Shown piece by piece: positions 9,679 to 21,400 of a stretch of 64,000 bases of DNA. The position numbers and the translations under genes are program-made. The stretch covers positions 32,001 through 96,000 of the forward strand of contig JBLWTJ010000002.1 in assembly GCA_048270185.1 (NCBI GenBank), given 5' to 3'. Each line of letters begins with the position of its first letter. The first letter of the stretch is position 1. The notes beneath the pieces are model-generated. The model did no database searches and had not been told where the DNA came from. It saw nothing but the letters and a program-made list of their open reading frames with translations. The stretch is from Bacteriovoracaceae bacterium (GTDB taxonomy: Bacteria; Bdellovibrionota; Bacteriovoracia; Bacteriovoracales; Bacteriovoracaceae).

Positions 9679-10173
9679 TTAAAAGATTTCAGACACTTCT
9701 TCTAAGAGGGCCGCATGCTTATTTCGAAGCTCAATCGGATCTTCAAAGTGCATCGAAGTCTTCTTTTCAAGTAGCACCACAACCTCATCCGAATTAGGTG
9801 GAATATATTTAATAAAGGCAGCGCACTCAACATTTTCAGGATCGAGCAATTGCGTTTCAAGCGAGAGTTTAAGCCTAATTTCCTGCGAGAGCTTGCCTGG
9901 ATACTTCTTACAAAGATCAATAAGAAGTTTTTTAAGAGTTGGATTATCCCACTTTAAGGCCACCAGAACAGATGGTTCACAAGCCTCAACTCGATAGACT
10001 CCACCGACCATTTCACACTTAATACCTTTATCAGTCGATGTCTCAAGATAGCGATACGCAAAGTTTTCAAGATTGTGAATAAAAAGAGATGCAACCCCAT
10101 CAGATTCGAGCATCCACTCGCGATTCTTAGAGTTCATTTCCTGCGTCAGTTTTTCTTTATCTATATTTGTCAT
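9679..10173 (-). CDS. Hypothetical protein
   Basis: 164-aa ORF with no recognised motif. Confidence 0.7.
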   Translation of the reverse strand: MTNIDKEKLTQEMNSKNREWMLESDGVASLFIHNLENFAYRYLETSTDKGIKCEMVGGVYRVEACEPSVLVALKWDNPTLKKLLIDLCKKYPGKLSQEIRLKLSLETQLLDPENVECAAFIKYIPPNSDEVVVLLEKKTSMHFEDPIELRNKHAALLEEVSEIF

Positions 10174-10249
10174 ACATACATAATACTTGCCTAATTAGAT
10201 CAGTAAAGCGATTCTATAATTATAACTATTTATAACTAGAGGGAAGTAT

Positions 10250-12082
10250 ATGAGTAATGCTTATGAACCATCATTAAAGTCAAAGAAGGCCGGAATCGCC
10301 TTCGGTTTCGTCATCTCCATCGTACTCGGTGCAGCATTTGTTTTTTCAGCACTGAAGGCAGGAATCACTCCAGGGATTAGTCCCCTCGTGGTTTTATTCG
10401 GTTGGGTTGCTATGGGAGCTTTCTTTAAAGAAGATATGAAAGGTTTTCTAGCAATGGCACAGGTAACTGGTTCAGCAGGTGTAGCTGTAACGGCCGGTGT
10501 TGCCTTCGTTGCTCCAATCGTTCAGATATTAGCAGCAGAACTTGGTGTTGATGTTCCACCAGTGGATGTCTTTTCTCTAATCCTTGCTTCTGCATCAGGG
10601 TGTTTCTTAGGTTGGGGATTTGTTGGTCTTGCAACACAGAGATTTTTAACTGACCCAAAGCTTCCAGCTCCTGAAGCTGTTGCTTGTGACCGCCTAATTC
10701 AAACAGCGGCAGAAAATCCACAAGCTCGTCCACCACTTAAATTCTCACTTGTTCCAGGTCTACTTTTTGGATTTATCATGGCCTTCTTAAACCAAATAAA
10801 AGTTCTAAAAGCAAGTATCTATGATCTTAAGCTGACTCTTAGTGGTGTTGAAACAAAACTTCCACTACCAATTAACCCACTCTACTTTGGTATCGGTGCA
10901 CTTCTTACTGTTCCAACGGCAATTCTAATCTTCTTCGGAGGGTTACTAAACGCAGTTGTAAAAGGAATGTCTGCCGCTCAAGGAATGCCAGGGACAACTT
11001 TCCGTTGGGTTGGTGGAGCTGCAATGGTTGTTGCCGTTATCTATTCACTAATTGCCTATATCATTGAAGGACGTAAAACACGTAACGCCCTTGCCGATAA
11101 AGAAGCAGACTATAACGAAGAGCAATTAGAAATTCCTGCAGGAGTTAGAAAGCAACTTCTAGGATCTATTGGGGTTGGATCTATTCTTCTTATCGGTATG
11201 ATGATCTATTCTGGTGCAACTCTTGTTGGCCTTGTAGCACTTGGTGTTGTTGCCCTACTTCTAATCTTTTTCCTAAGTGGTCTTGGTGCTCTATTATCAC
11301 TACAAGTTGGATCATCGGCTTCACCAGTTTCAGGTACAGTATTCATGGGAATGCTTGTTCTAAGTCTTGTTGGTCTTGCAATTGGACTTGAAGGTATTGA
11401 AGGTGTTTACTTCCTTGTTCCAATTATCGTTGCCGCTTGTGTTGCCATCTGTGCATCAAATGATTCGTCACAAGATTATAAAACAATGCAATTTAATGGC
11501 CTAAAAGTTTCTAGCTCATTCATCGGACAAATCATTGGTCTTCTAGGTGGAGCAATTTCAGTTCCTCTAGCAGTATATGTTGCACACGAAACAGGAACAC
11601 TTGGTAGTGAAGCTCTTCCAGCTCCTCAAGCAGCTTTCTTTGCAACAGTTCTAAAATCACTATTTATTCAAAGTGATATTCCAATGGGACCAGTTCTTGC
11701 GGGTACAGGTCTTGGTGTAGTTGCTGTTATTGTTGAGATCATTGGTAAGCGTAAAGGAATCATCCTAAGCTCACTTGCCTTTGCTGTTGGGATCTATCTT
11801 CCATCATATATTGGTACAGGTATCCTTCTTGGTTCCCTTGCGAGACTTTCAGGAACTAAGTCACTTTCAAAAATCACTCACAGAGGGATTCTCATGGCCG
11901 CTGGTCTTATTACTGGTGACGCCCTATTCGCACTTCTATTTGGAATCCTTGCAATTGCAGGAATGGAAATCGCAAGTGTGAAAGACTTTGGATACCAAGG
12001 TACTCTAAGTGTCCTTTTCTTCGTAGGACTTCTTGTTGCCACAAGTATCAACTACGCTAGAACTTCTTCAATCGAGAAATAA
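10250..12082 (+). CDS. OPT/YSL-family oligopeptide transporter
   Basis: Many TM helices; LKAGIT, LPAPEAVAC, SASPVSG, SQDYKT and LPAPQA motifs. Confidence 0.9.
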   Translation: MSNAYEPSLKSKKAGIAFGFVISIVLGAAFVFSALKAGITPGISPLVVLFGWVAMGAFFKEDMKGFLAMAQVTGSAGVAVTAGVAFVAPIVQILAAELGVDVPPVDVFSLILASASGCFLGWGFVGLATQRFLTDPKLPAPEAVACDRLIQTAAENPQARPPLKFSLVPGLLFGFIMAFLNQIKVLKASIYDLKLTLSGVETKLPLPINPLYFGIGALLTVPTAILIFFGGLLNAVVKGMSAAQGMPGTTFRWVGGAAMVVAVIYSLIAYIIEGRKTRNALADKEADYNEEQLEIPAGVRKQLLGSIGVGSILLIGMMIYSGATLVGLVALGVVALLLIFFLSGLGALLSLQVGSSASPVSGTVFMGMLVLSLVGLAIGLEGIEGVYFLVPIIVAACVAICASNDSSQDYKTMQFNGLKVSSSFIGQIIGLLGGAISVPLAVYVAHETGTLGSEALPAPQAAFFATVLKSLFIQSDIPMGPVLAGTGLGVVAVIVEIIGKRKGIILSSLAFAVGIYLPSYIGTGILLGSLARLSGTKSLSKITHRGILMAAGLITGDALFALLFGILAIAGMEIASVKDFGYQGTLSVLFFVGLLVATSINYARTSSIEK

Positions 12083-12088
12083 TCATAG

Positions 12089-12144
12089 GGTGCCATGCTC
12101 CTTTGGTTTCGCAGATGCGAAACCAAAGGAGCATGGCACCTACA
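12089..12144. repeat. Perfect 24-bp-arm palindrome (REP-doublet-like or terminator)
   Basis: GGTGCCATGCTCCTTTGGTTTCGC-AGAT-GCGAAACCAAAGGAGCATGGCACC, ending in CTAC (GTAG on the minus strand). Confidence 0.85.
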
Positions 12145-12257
12145 TAAACTTTTCAAACTCCCAATAATTTTATTGAAAATATGCTACAAAGCAGTAGTTT
12201 TTAAATTCATACGTATATAAGTCATTAAAATTACATGATATGTAGTGAGAGGGATTA

Positions 12258-14966
12258 ATGAAAGTATCTAAAACACTAGCTATTTTAGCAGCTCTAACAG
12301 CAACCACAGCACAGGCCGGAATTTTTAACCATATCTTTAAGTATCGAGGTTATAAATTCGACTCTGAGAGCAAGACCTGTGTGAATAAGAAAGGTAAACG
12401 TGGCTTCAGTAAGAATTACTACGGGCAATGTGGTGACTTAACTGGATTTGATGCAAAGAAACTTGTTAAGAAAATCAACCGTAAGCATGTTGCAAAGAAT
12501 TCTCTCATCGGTTCAAAGCTCATGGGACTAGACCTTTCTGGAGCAAAGATTGAAACTGTTAATATGGCGTATACAGATCTTAGAGGTACTAATCTTAGTA
12601 AAGTAAAATTAAATTCACTAAAAGATCATCTATATATTAAAGGTGCAAAGTACGATGAAACAACTCTGCTTCCTTTCTCAGACTATACGGCCATTTCAAT
12701 TCACCAAATGGTAAAACTAGACTATAAATCGATAACGACAGTCTACCCTAACCCGATAGATATTTTTGAAGAAACAAATCTCTCAGCAGTGAGTGAAAAG
12801 CTAAAAACAATCGCTTCAATCACAAAGAGATATCATAATGAATTACTAGAGCTTGTCGAAGAAGTTGATTCTCTTTCATATGACCAACTAAGAATGATCC
12901 TTGAATCAACTTATGTAACGGCCGTTGAGTATCGAGAACTGGCCAAGCAAAGAGATATCGCTACAGGTAGTGAACTAGCAAGAGTAAATGATCTCTTAAA
13001 TGCCTATTCTGATCTTGGTGTTATCGTAAATAAAATCATTAATACTGCACTTCCTAAGTTAGAAGTTGAAGATAATATGGATCAAATTGTTGATCTTGTG
13101 CTCGATTACTTTCCAACAAAATACCACTCACAACTTCATAATGGCTTCTCTTTTATTTCTGAAAAGTTCGAGGCTCAGCTAAGTGATGGTGCATACTTGA
13201 AAGTTATTCAAATTCTCGACCATACAACTTATGGCAACACAACAGAATCGCTAAAAAATGCAGTTTCTGATTATATGAAACGTGAAGGAAAAGTTGTCTT
13301 CGCAGAGATTGCCAATGTACTTGGATTTATTGAACGTAATAATGAGCTAGTCTTTAATATTCTATTTTCAAAGTTTAATTCATTTACAACAAGTGAATAC
13401 CTATCTCTCATGAATAACTATCGATTCTTTAAATCATACTTTGAGAATCGTACAAAAATTTCTGATCTTACATTTTCAAATTCATTAGAATTATCAAGAG
13501 CATTTAGCTACTCAAGAAAAGATGTCATTTTATTTGAAGCTATCCAAAAACGTTCATTTGTTACTGTTAAAGAACTTGATTCAGTGATTAGAGAGCATGC
13601 TTATCGCCTATTTGATATTGCAGAGGCTTCATTTGATCTTATTACTGAAAACAGCGAAAGTCTTTCACATGAGCTAGCGGCAGCAAAGAAGAGTAACTTC
13701 AGTGATCTTATTCTTGCTCACTACTATGTCACAATGAAGAAGAGTATCACAATTGCAGACTACTATGCACTTAAGACAAATCTTAAGTCATTAAGTAATT
13801 TCATTAGCAACACGGCCAAAGTTGGTGTTGATTTTACAATCTTTGATATCATCGAGATTGCAGGAAAGATCAATGCTGATGCAAAGAAAGCGATTGTAAA
13901 AAGATTCTTTGAATTAGTTGGTACAATCACAACTGATGAAATTCTTCTTCTTTATGAGAAGACTGTCTTTGATCTTAAAGACCTAACAAGTAATCTTGCC
14001 AAGGTATCTGATCTTGATATTAAGAATACTGTTAAGATGGCCAGACACTTCAAGAATAATACAAGTGACGCAATCATCGATTACTTCATCAACAAATATG
14101 TTAAAACGACAGGTATTTCTGTTAGGGATCTTATTCTTCTTGCAGATGTTAGTTACAACGGGAAGAAATCAATTCTTAATGACAATCTAAAATTTGTTAA
14201 TAACTGGAGTGTTATCAACGCATCAGTTCTAATGAGTAACTCACCAAGTGAAATAAAAAATAGTATTGGTGAATACTATCTAACAAATATCGTTACTAAA
14301 GCATCATTAAGTTATCCAGAGATCTCAAAGATCATTGAATCAGGCTATAACTACTATGGTGGTGCCGATGAACTACTACTTAAGCACCTTGATAAGATTA
14401 GTGGGTTTAATTTTGAGATGATGCAAAAGGTAGCTTCAAAGTACTCAAGATCAAGTCGAGATATCGTTCTTAAGTACTACCTAGAGAATGAAGCAAAGCT
14501 TACAACAGTTAATCTAAGGGATGCGGCTTCACTTTCATATAATAATAAGTATGAGTTTATTAAAGAATATATTGGAAAAACTGTTGATCAATCAGCGGCC
14601 AACACAAAGCTTCTAGCTGATAATCTCTATCGCAGTCAAAAAGATGTCATTGTAAAAGTCTACCTTGATTCAGTTTCATCAATCTCGGCAACAGACCTAG
14701 TAACAGTTGCGACAAGTACTTATGGTGAACGTGATGCGCTTATTATTGCTAACGTATCAAAGGTATCAAACCTAAGCGTTGCCAACGCTATCTCGATTAA
14801 TACGAACTTATACAAGTACAGCAAGGATCAATTCCTATTAAATGCTGTAAGCTACTTAACTGACCTAAGTGTTAACAATATCTATGAATACGCATCAAAT
14901 GCATATTCAGGTAGCGCAAAAGATCAGATCTTAAAAACGGGATTAGAAGTTTTAGGACAAGAATAG
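12258..14966 (+). CDS. Secreted protein with pentapeptide repeats and a C-terminal ~30-aa helical repeat array
   Basis: Signal peptide (AQA|G), pentapeptides (LDLSG AKIET, TDLRG TNLSK), repeated S.x.N/D...Y..KD.I units. Confidence 0.8.
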   Translation: MKVSKTLAILAALTATTAQAGIFNHIFKYRGYKFDSESKTCVNKKGKRGFSKNYYGQCGDLTGFDAKKLVKKINRKHVAKNSLIGSKLMGLDLSGAKIETVNMAYTDLRGTNLSKVKLNSLKDHLYIKGAKYDETTLLPFSDYTAISIHQMVKLDYKSITTVYPNPIDIFEETNLSAVSEKLKTIASITKRYHNELLELVEEVDSLSYDQLRMILESTYVTAVEYRELAKQRDIATGSELARVNDLLNAYSDLGVIVNKIINTALPKLEVEDNMDQIVDLVLDYFPTKYHSQLHNGFSFISEKFEAQLSDGAYLKVIQILDHTTYGNTTESLKNAVSDYMKREGKVVFAEIANVLGFIERNNELVFNILFSKFNSFTTSEYLSLMNNYRFFKSYFENRTKISDLTFSNSLELSRAFSYSRKDVILFEAIQKRSFVTVKELDSVIREHAYRLFDIAEASFDLITENSESLSHELAAAKKSNFSDLILAHYYVTMKKSITIADYYALKTNLKSLSNFISNTAKVGVDFTIFDIIEIAGKINADAKKAIVKRFFELVGTITTDEILLLYEKTVFDLKDLTSNLAKVSDLDIKNTVKMARHFKNNTSDAIIDYFINKYVKTTGISVRDLILLADVSYNGKKSILNDNLKFVNNWSVINASVLMSNSPSEIKNSIGEYYLTNIVTKASLSYPEISKIIESGYNYYGGADELLLKHLDKISGFNFEMMQKVASKYSRSSRDIVLKYYLENEAKLTTVNLRDAASLSYNNKYEFIKEYIGKTVDQSAANTKLLADNLYRSQKDVIVKVYLDSVSSISATDLVTVATSTYGERDALIIANVSKVSNLSVANAISINTNLYKYSKDQFLLNAVSYLTDLSVNNIYEYASNAYSGSAKDQILKTGLEVLGQE

Positions 14967-14982
14967 TCCCGAAGGAATATAT

Positions 14983-15417
14983 ATGAAATTACTTAGCATC
15001 ATTTTCTTAATAGCTATATCAACACAAGCATCGGCCCGCCCGAGAGACGGTGCACTTTATTGTGGGAAGCATGAATCTCATATTAAAATCTACTTTAAGC
15101 AAGACTCTAAGCTATATTATTATATTGATAATACTGATTTGAGAGACCTTAAAGAGTATCGATGTGTTGAGTTCACACCAGAACTCCCTTTCTACGACGA
15201 AGTTCAAAGTGCTTATCTTGAAGCACAAAGTGATGTCGAGAAATTTAGTGACGCAGCTATTGCAGTCTATCGACTTGAGCATGATAAGCGCTACTACTGT
15301 GGGAACCCACAATCAGGGGGACTCTACGTAGCACGTACAAAAAAGTATTCTGAAGCACTATATCTTTACGATATTGAATCGAAAAAATTTGATACTTACG
15401 ATTGTATTAATCTTTAG
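14983..15417 (+). CDS. Small secreted hypothetical protein
   Basis: Signal peptide (ASA|R), 4 Cys, 16 nt downstream of the preceding gene. Confidence 0.75.
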   Translation: MKLLSIIFLIAISTQASARPRDGALYCGKHESHIKIYFKQDSKLYYYIDNTDLRDLKEYRCVEFTPELPFYDEVQSAYLEAQSDVEKFSDAAIAVYRLEHDKRYYCGNPQSGGLYVARTKKYSEALYLYDIESKKFDTYDCINL

Positions 15418-15447
15418 ATTTATAGATTTTTAGATTCCTAGACACTT

Positions 15448-18400
15448 TTACCACTTACTACTTAAGTAAGTATGTACTGATTGAATCATACTAACATCTG
15501 GTGTTTCACTCGTAATGATTACTTCATTGATTTCTCCAATGAAGTAATCTCCACTACCGCCACCAGTTGTACCTGTTAAGTAATTTGTTTTACCTGAGCG
15601 GCCCCCAAGTCCAATTGCCCCAGTCTTACCATTTGAAGGAAAGACTCTTGTTGTCGTTGAGGCAGAACCAATACTATTAGAGTTAACAACACACTCTAAA
15701 GAACCATTTGCACCGTCAGGCCCGGTATAATTTGTATAATCATACAGCCAAGAGACATGGTAGACAGAATCTGCACTTACATTAGTATTAATCTGAATAA
15801 ATGGCTGTGCCCCATCTCCATCATCGACAGTATTCCAGAAAGCACAATAGAGCTTTCCTTGATCAATATAGATATTCATCCCACGAGTTGATCCACCTTC
15901 TTCATATAGGACTTGAGTTGTATTAACATTGGCCCCTGTCTTAAATGAGATGGTAATATTTTTAGAAGTCGAAACGACATCATTGATACCCGCTTGAGTT
16001 GAAAGTCGATAATTTGTATCCCCAGCAAATTCGAGAGCATTCGTTGCTAAATTGTAATTTGCCCCTAGTCCCGATTGGATACTCCAATCATAGACCGTTG
16101 AGCTGGCAGATATATCCAGAAGTGTTGAGGCCACACCGCTAAACAGTGGATCATTTGCATCGTAGCCCGAAGGATCTAAGATACTAGCTAAGTCCTGGCC
16201 ATCGTAGTGTAGAATAGTTGCTGGTAATCCTACATTGGCAATATCGTAAACCTGCCAAACATCGGATGTGGCAATTAGTGAATCGTTATTACTCGTATCC
16301 ACTCCCTTAACTGAAATATAATAGTCAATGCCTTCACTTAGAAATAAAGAAATACCTGCAACTCCATCAATGGCCTGATAACTTGTAACAGTACCAATAT
16401 TGGTCCACCCTAAAATATCACTACCTCCAGCAGTAGTACCAATAGCAAATTCATAGTGATCAAGAGTAAAGTATGATGACTGAATGGGAGACCAACTTAA
16501 GCTCGCACTTGTAGTTGAAGTTGAATTATTTGTTAGTGCTAGGTTATTTGGAGAACTAAGTTCACTACCAGACCACTTTCCTCTTAGATAATCATGGATT
16601 GCATTTACTCCAGTTGCATCAGGAGTTGAAGCGGCAATAATAAGCTCTAAGATCCTCCCCTTAAAGAAGTTCGCTCTATTACTTGTATTTGCACCATCGT
16701 GATAATAAGAACTACTCGATTGAACCCCCAGTGCGATATCCCCAGAGTGTGAGAACAAGCGTGATGTTGTCGAGACGGCCCCAATTGATGAATTATTAAT
16801 ATAACATTCTACAGATCCATCTGCCCCAGCAGCACCTGTATAATTTGAATAATCTAGCGACCAAGTAACATGATAAGTTGAGCTAACAGCGATTGGAGAG
16901 CTAACTGAGACAAATGGTTGGGCGCCATCGCCATCATTATTAATATTCCAAAATCCACAATAGAGTTTGCCACTATCGATATAAATATTCATTCCGCGCG
17001 TGTTATCACCTTCTTCATAAATGACTTGTCTTGAAGAGATGTCATTTTCGGTCTTAATAGAGACCGTTAAGTTTTTCTCACTAGCAGTACTTAGATTTAA
17101 ATCAGTATGCTGTGGAATTGTTAAATATGAAGTCGAACCATTAAATTTGATATTCCCACTGATAAAATCTGGCGCAGAAGAGGCCGTAGCAACAGCATTA
17201 TGAATATTAATACTAGCTGATTTATCTTCCCAAGAAGAAACTAAACCATTAAAAGAAGGGTCATCTGCTGAGATTGCAAGATTATCTTTTACCGTTAATA
17301 AATCGGCACTATCAAGCCAAACTAACATATTAGGAAGAGAGTCTTCCACCGGAGTAATCTGCCATGCAGCTGAAGTCATAACAGTTGAGACGTTACCAGC
17401 ATAATCAACAGCTCTTACAGATGTATAATAATCGACACCAGTGTTTAAATTAACATTCATATTATTTAGACCATTTTGGGCCTGATAAGTTGTCACATTA
17501 CCAATATACTTAAATCCTGTTGTCACATCACTAGCTCCAGGACTTGTCCCAATGGCCAGCTCATAATATCTCAGGGCACAATTATCAGTTGCAGAAGACC
17601 AAGATGAAGTCGTGGCAACCGACTGAGACGCCTCTCCAGAAACAGAGATACTAGAAGAGAATACTGGGTTTGTATTATCGTAGCGGAAACCAAGCGTATC
17701 AGTGACAACGCTACCATAAGTACCACTTAGAGACTTAACTCTAGCACTTGGAAAAATTATCGAACATTCCACAATACCAGTGAGATTTGTGAAGCTATGA
17801 CTCTGGCCTGTTCCAACATTTGTAAAACTTGCGATACTATCACTACCGGCCGCTGCACCAAGCCCCACTTCAATTGAATCAAAGCTCTCAGCTGGATTTG
17901 TCCAACTAATTACTGGACTGTTAATCGGTGTTCCGTTTATCCACACAGAAGCACTAGCTAAGTTACTTACCCCACCTGTAATTGTACTTGTAAAGTTTAC
18001 TCCATTAGAAGTCAGGCCATTAAAGTGCGCAGAGACACTCGTTGAACCAGCACTAATGGCCGTAACGCCACCTGCAGAGTCTACTGAGACAACGCCAGTT
18101 GGTGTGGCCGTATAACTTGCAAAGCTTGTGATATCAATTGTCGATGAATCACTTAAACTTAAAATTGCTGACAACTGAGTTGTTCCTGAAACATCGAGAC
18201 TTGTCTGAGTTGATGACAAACTAATTGAAGTAAATGTTGGACATGTTAAATTAACATTTGTGATATCAGCACCAGAGATAACTCCCGATGTATTAGCAAG
18301 ACTACAGTTAATTGTAGGACTGGCCGTTGGAGTAGCAATAGTAATATTATATGTGTCAGTATCAAAAAGTTCTGTAGCAAATTGATAACTTGTAGCTCCC

Positions 18401-21400
18401 GCAGGAATTACAATATTTTCAACTCCATTTAAATTTAGAGTAATTCCACTATGAGTAAGATTTGCAATTGATCCACTAATCTTTCTTGAGTTAGGAATTG
18501 ATCCCCCCATCCAAGATAGAATAGGAGCTGTAAAAGTACCATGGCCCGCTAGATTATAGCCAGTATTTGGAACTCGCCACCCAGGGTTTGAAACAAAATC
18601 AAAACTTGTATAACTTCCAGCAGAGCTTGCTGAAGCCTGCGCAATAGGGCTTCCAAGAGTATTGAAAGAAGCGTCCAGGTTTTCTTCGATATAAAATGAT
18701 TGTGTCGTTGAAAGAGAGCCAGCATTTAACTCTTCTCCAAGAATGGCCCCCATTGTCGTCGGATCAAAGCTTGAGCCAGTATTTTGAGTAACGATACCGT
18801 GAGCGTAGACATCAGAGATTGAATCAAGAACGGTTGAGTTCACATACCCAACAATTCCTCCAGCACCTCCATCGGCTTCAACATTACCAGTACTAAATGA
18901 ATCAGTGATACTTCCTTCTAATTGATAACCAATAAGAGCAGAAATATTGCGCCCACTGGCCGTAATATCACCAGTAGCAAAGCATCCTCTTGTGTCTCCA
19001 CGGTGAAGACCAACAAGTGCACCAGAAGAGTTTCTTACTCCTGAAACATTCCCGGTTGCATAAGAGTTTTCAAGGTAGCCTCCTCTAAAATATCCAATTA
19101 GGCCACCAACATAGTCAGCCGTACCATTACTAATAGTAACGTCACCTGTTGAATATAGTCTTGTATATTGAGAAGTCCAAGAGTTGGCATAACCTAAGAG
19201 TCCACCGACATAAGACTTCGGAGTTGGGTTTGTGATATTAACTGCCGAAGTTGAATAAGAATCGCGAAACTCTTGACCGAAAAAGTAACCAGCGACACCA
19301 CCGACAAAAGAAGTTCTGGCATCAATTGTCCCCGTTGAGAAAACATTGTACATCACAGAGTTTTCACCATGGAAGCGTCCTGCAATACCACCAACAAAGT
19401 TTGATGCTGCATTGATATTCATCGTTGAGCTTGAGTCATGGATCGTCGAGTCTTCATTTAGGAGACCGACAATCCCTCCAATATATGAAGTTACAGAATT
19501 ATAGCGATCATCTAAGACTGTAATTGCACCAGAACTTGTTGTGTTCGTTATCGTTGCTGTATTCCCTGATCCTAAAATTCCCCCGACATGTGAAGAGCCA
19601 GCACTAATATTTCCAGAAAAAGTACAATTATCAAAGCTGACATTTCCAACAGCACGGCCGACAAGCCCTGCTACATGGCCATCACTTGCATCTTTTGGAG
19701 AAGTAATATCGGCCGACACTGTAACATACGAAATACTACCGCCAGCAATTTCTCCAACTAGTCCACCGACATAATTATTAATCGCAGCTACATTTGAATT
19801 AGAAGTAACGTTAGTAATAATTGTATTTGGTTCTTGAATTTGAGCGGCCAAGCCTCCAACATAACCAAGGCCATTAACTGTATTATTTAATTCAAGGCCA
19901 TCAAGATTAAGTCCTCCGTCGCTTGAAGTAACAATACCAATAACACCACCAGTATAATTATTCCCTTGGACATTAACTGTACTTGTAATATTGCTCATGC
20001 TTAAATTTGCACTTGAAGTAGCGACACCAATCATCCCACCAGTATTTAAGATACCAGTGACATTACCTTCAACAGTGATATTATCAAAAGTATTTGTACC
20101 ACTAGCGCTACCGACAATTGATCCAACTTTCATATATCCATTAATAGTAAAGTTTAAGAGATCAATATTTTGAACTGTGGCCCCACTCATTGTCTGAAAA
20201 ATTCCGACATTACTAGCTGATGGCCTATTAATAACAAAGTTTTTAACAGTAAAGCCTTTACCGTCTAATACTCCAGTAAAATTACCATTTAATGGATAAA
20301 TCGTACTACCGGCAAAATCAATATCATTTGCTAGTTCAAATTTTGCACTAGGGTTGACTTCAATATTCTTGAAGTGATTAGCATTACAGATAATATATGG
20401 AATGGTGTCACCATTTCCGCCAGTACTATAATTGGCATAGAGAGACCCGCTAGCACCACTATCACTGCATGAGTCACTGCTATTAGATTTATTAAGTGTT
20501 CGAGTAATGATTGGTGAAACGATTGTTCCTGTATCATCTCTTAATTGAGCATTGACTGTAATCGTACCCGTCGCTAACTCAGTGGCATCAATGAGTGCCA
20601 CCCAGCGATTATTGCTCTGACAAATTGTCGAAAGAGTGACCGAACCAGTGATACTGATTTCTTCTCCAACAACCCCACACTCTCCGTGAATTAACTTAGT
20701 CGTTGCAATTGGTGCACCGTTTGCTTCAGGATATGTGTATGAAATTGAATAAGTTCCTACTGTCACATTTGAAACAGGGTCAGTTGAAATGATAATTCCT
20801 AACTGTTCTGTATTAGCTGCAATGGCACTTAATGTCTTCTCTGAACCTATCCCGAATAGATTAGGTGCTCCTTCGCTAATTGGATCATCACTAAAAGTTT
20901 GAACTACGTTAAAGCCATAATTTTCCTGATTCATGAAATCAAAAATAGCGAAGCTATAATCTTGCGTCTCACCAGGAAGTTTGAAACCAGCACTAGGGAT
21001 AACCCAGTCATTTGTCTCAGAAAAACTAAAGCCTGCATAATTTAAGTCAACTCCCATTTCCTCAGTCGTTAACTGACTTCCATGAGTATTGATTCTCTCC
21101 ATTGGAAGAGCTGTGGCCATATCCGTAAATGAAGTCGAATCAATAAAATAGACGTTATTAATTAAACTAGGATTTGAGCTCGTTCCAAAGATTGGCCCAA
21201 AGATACTCTCATCTAGAGTTGAATCCGTTGACTTGTTAATACTACCTACCATATAAGCATTAGTAATCGATGTTCCATTATCGAGATACCAACCAGCGAT
21301 ACCACCAATATCCCCATCACCCTCTAAGTTGGCCTTAACAAAAACATCATTAATATTATTTTGAAAAGAAAGACCAGCGATACCACCAATATAGCGAAGT

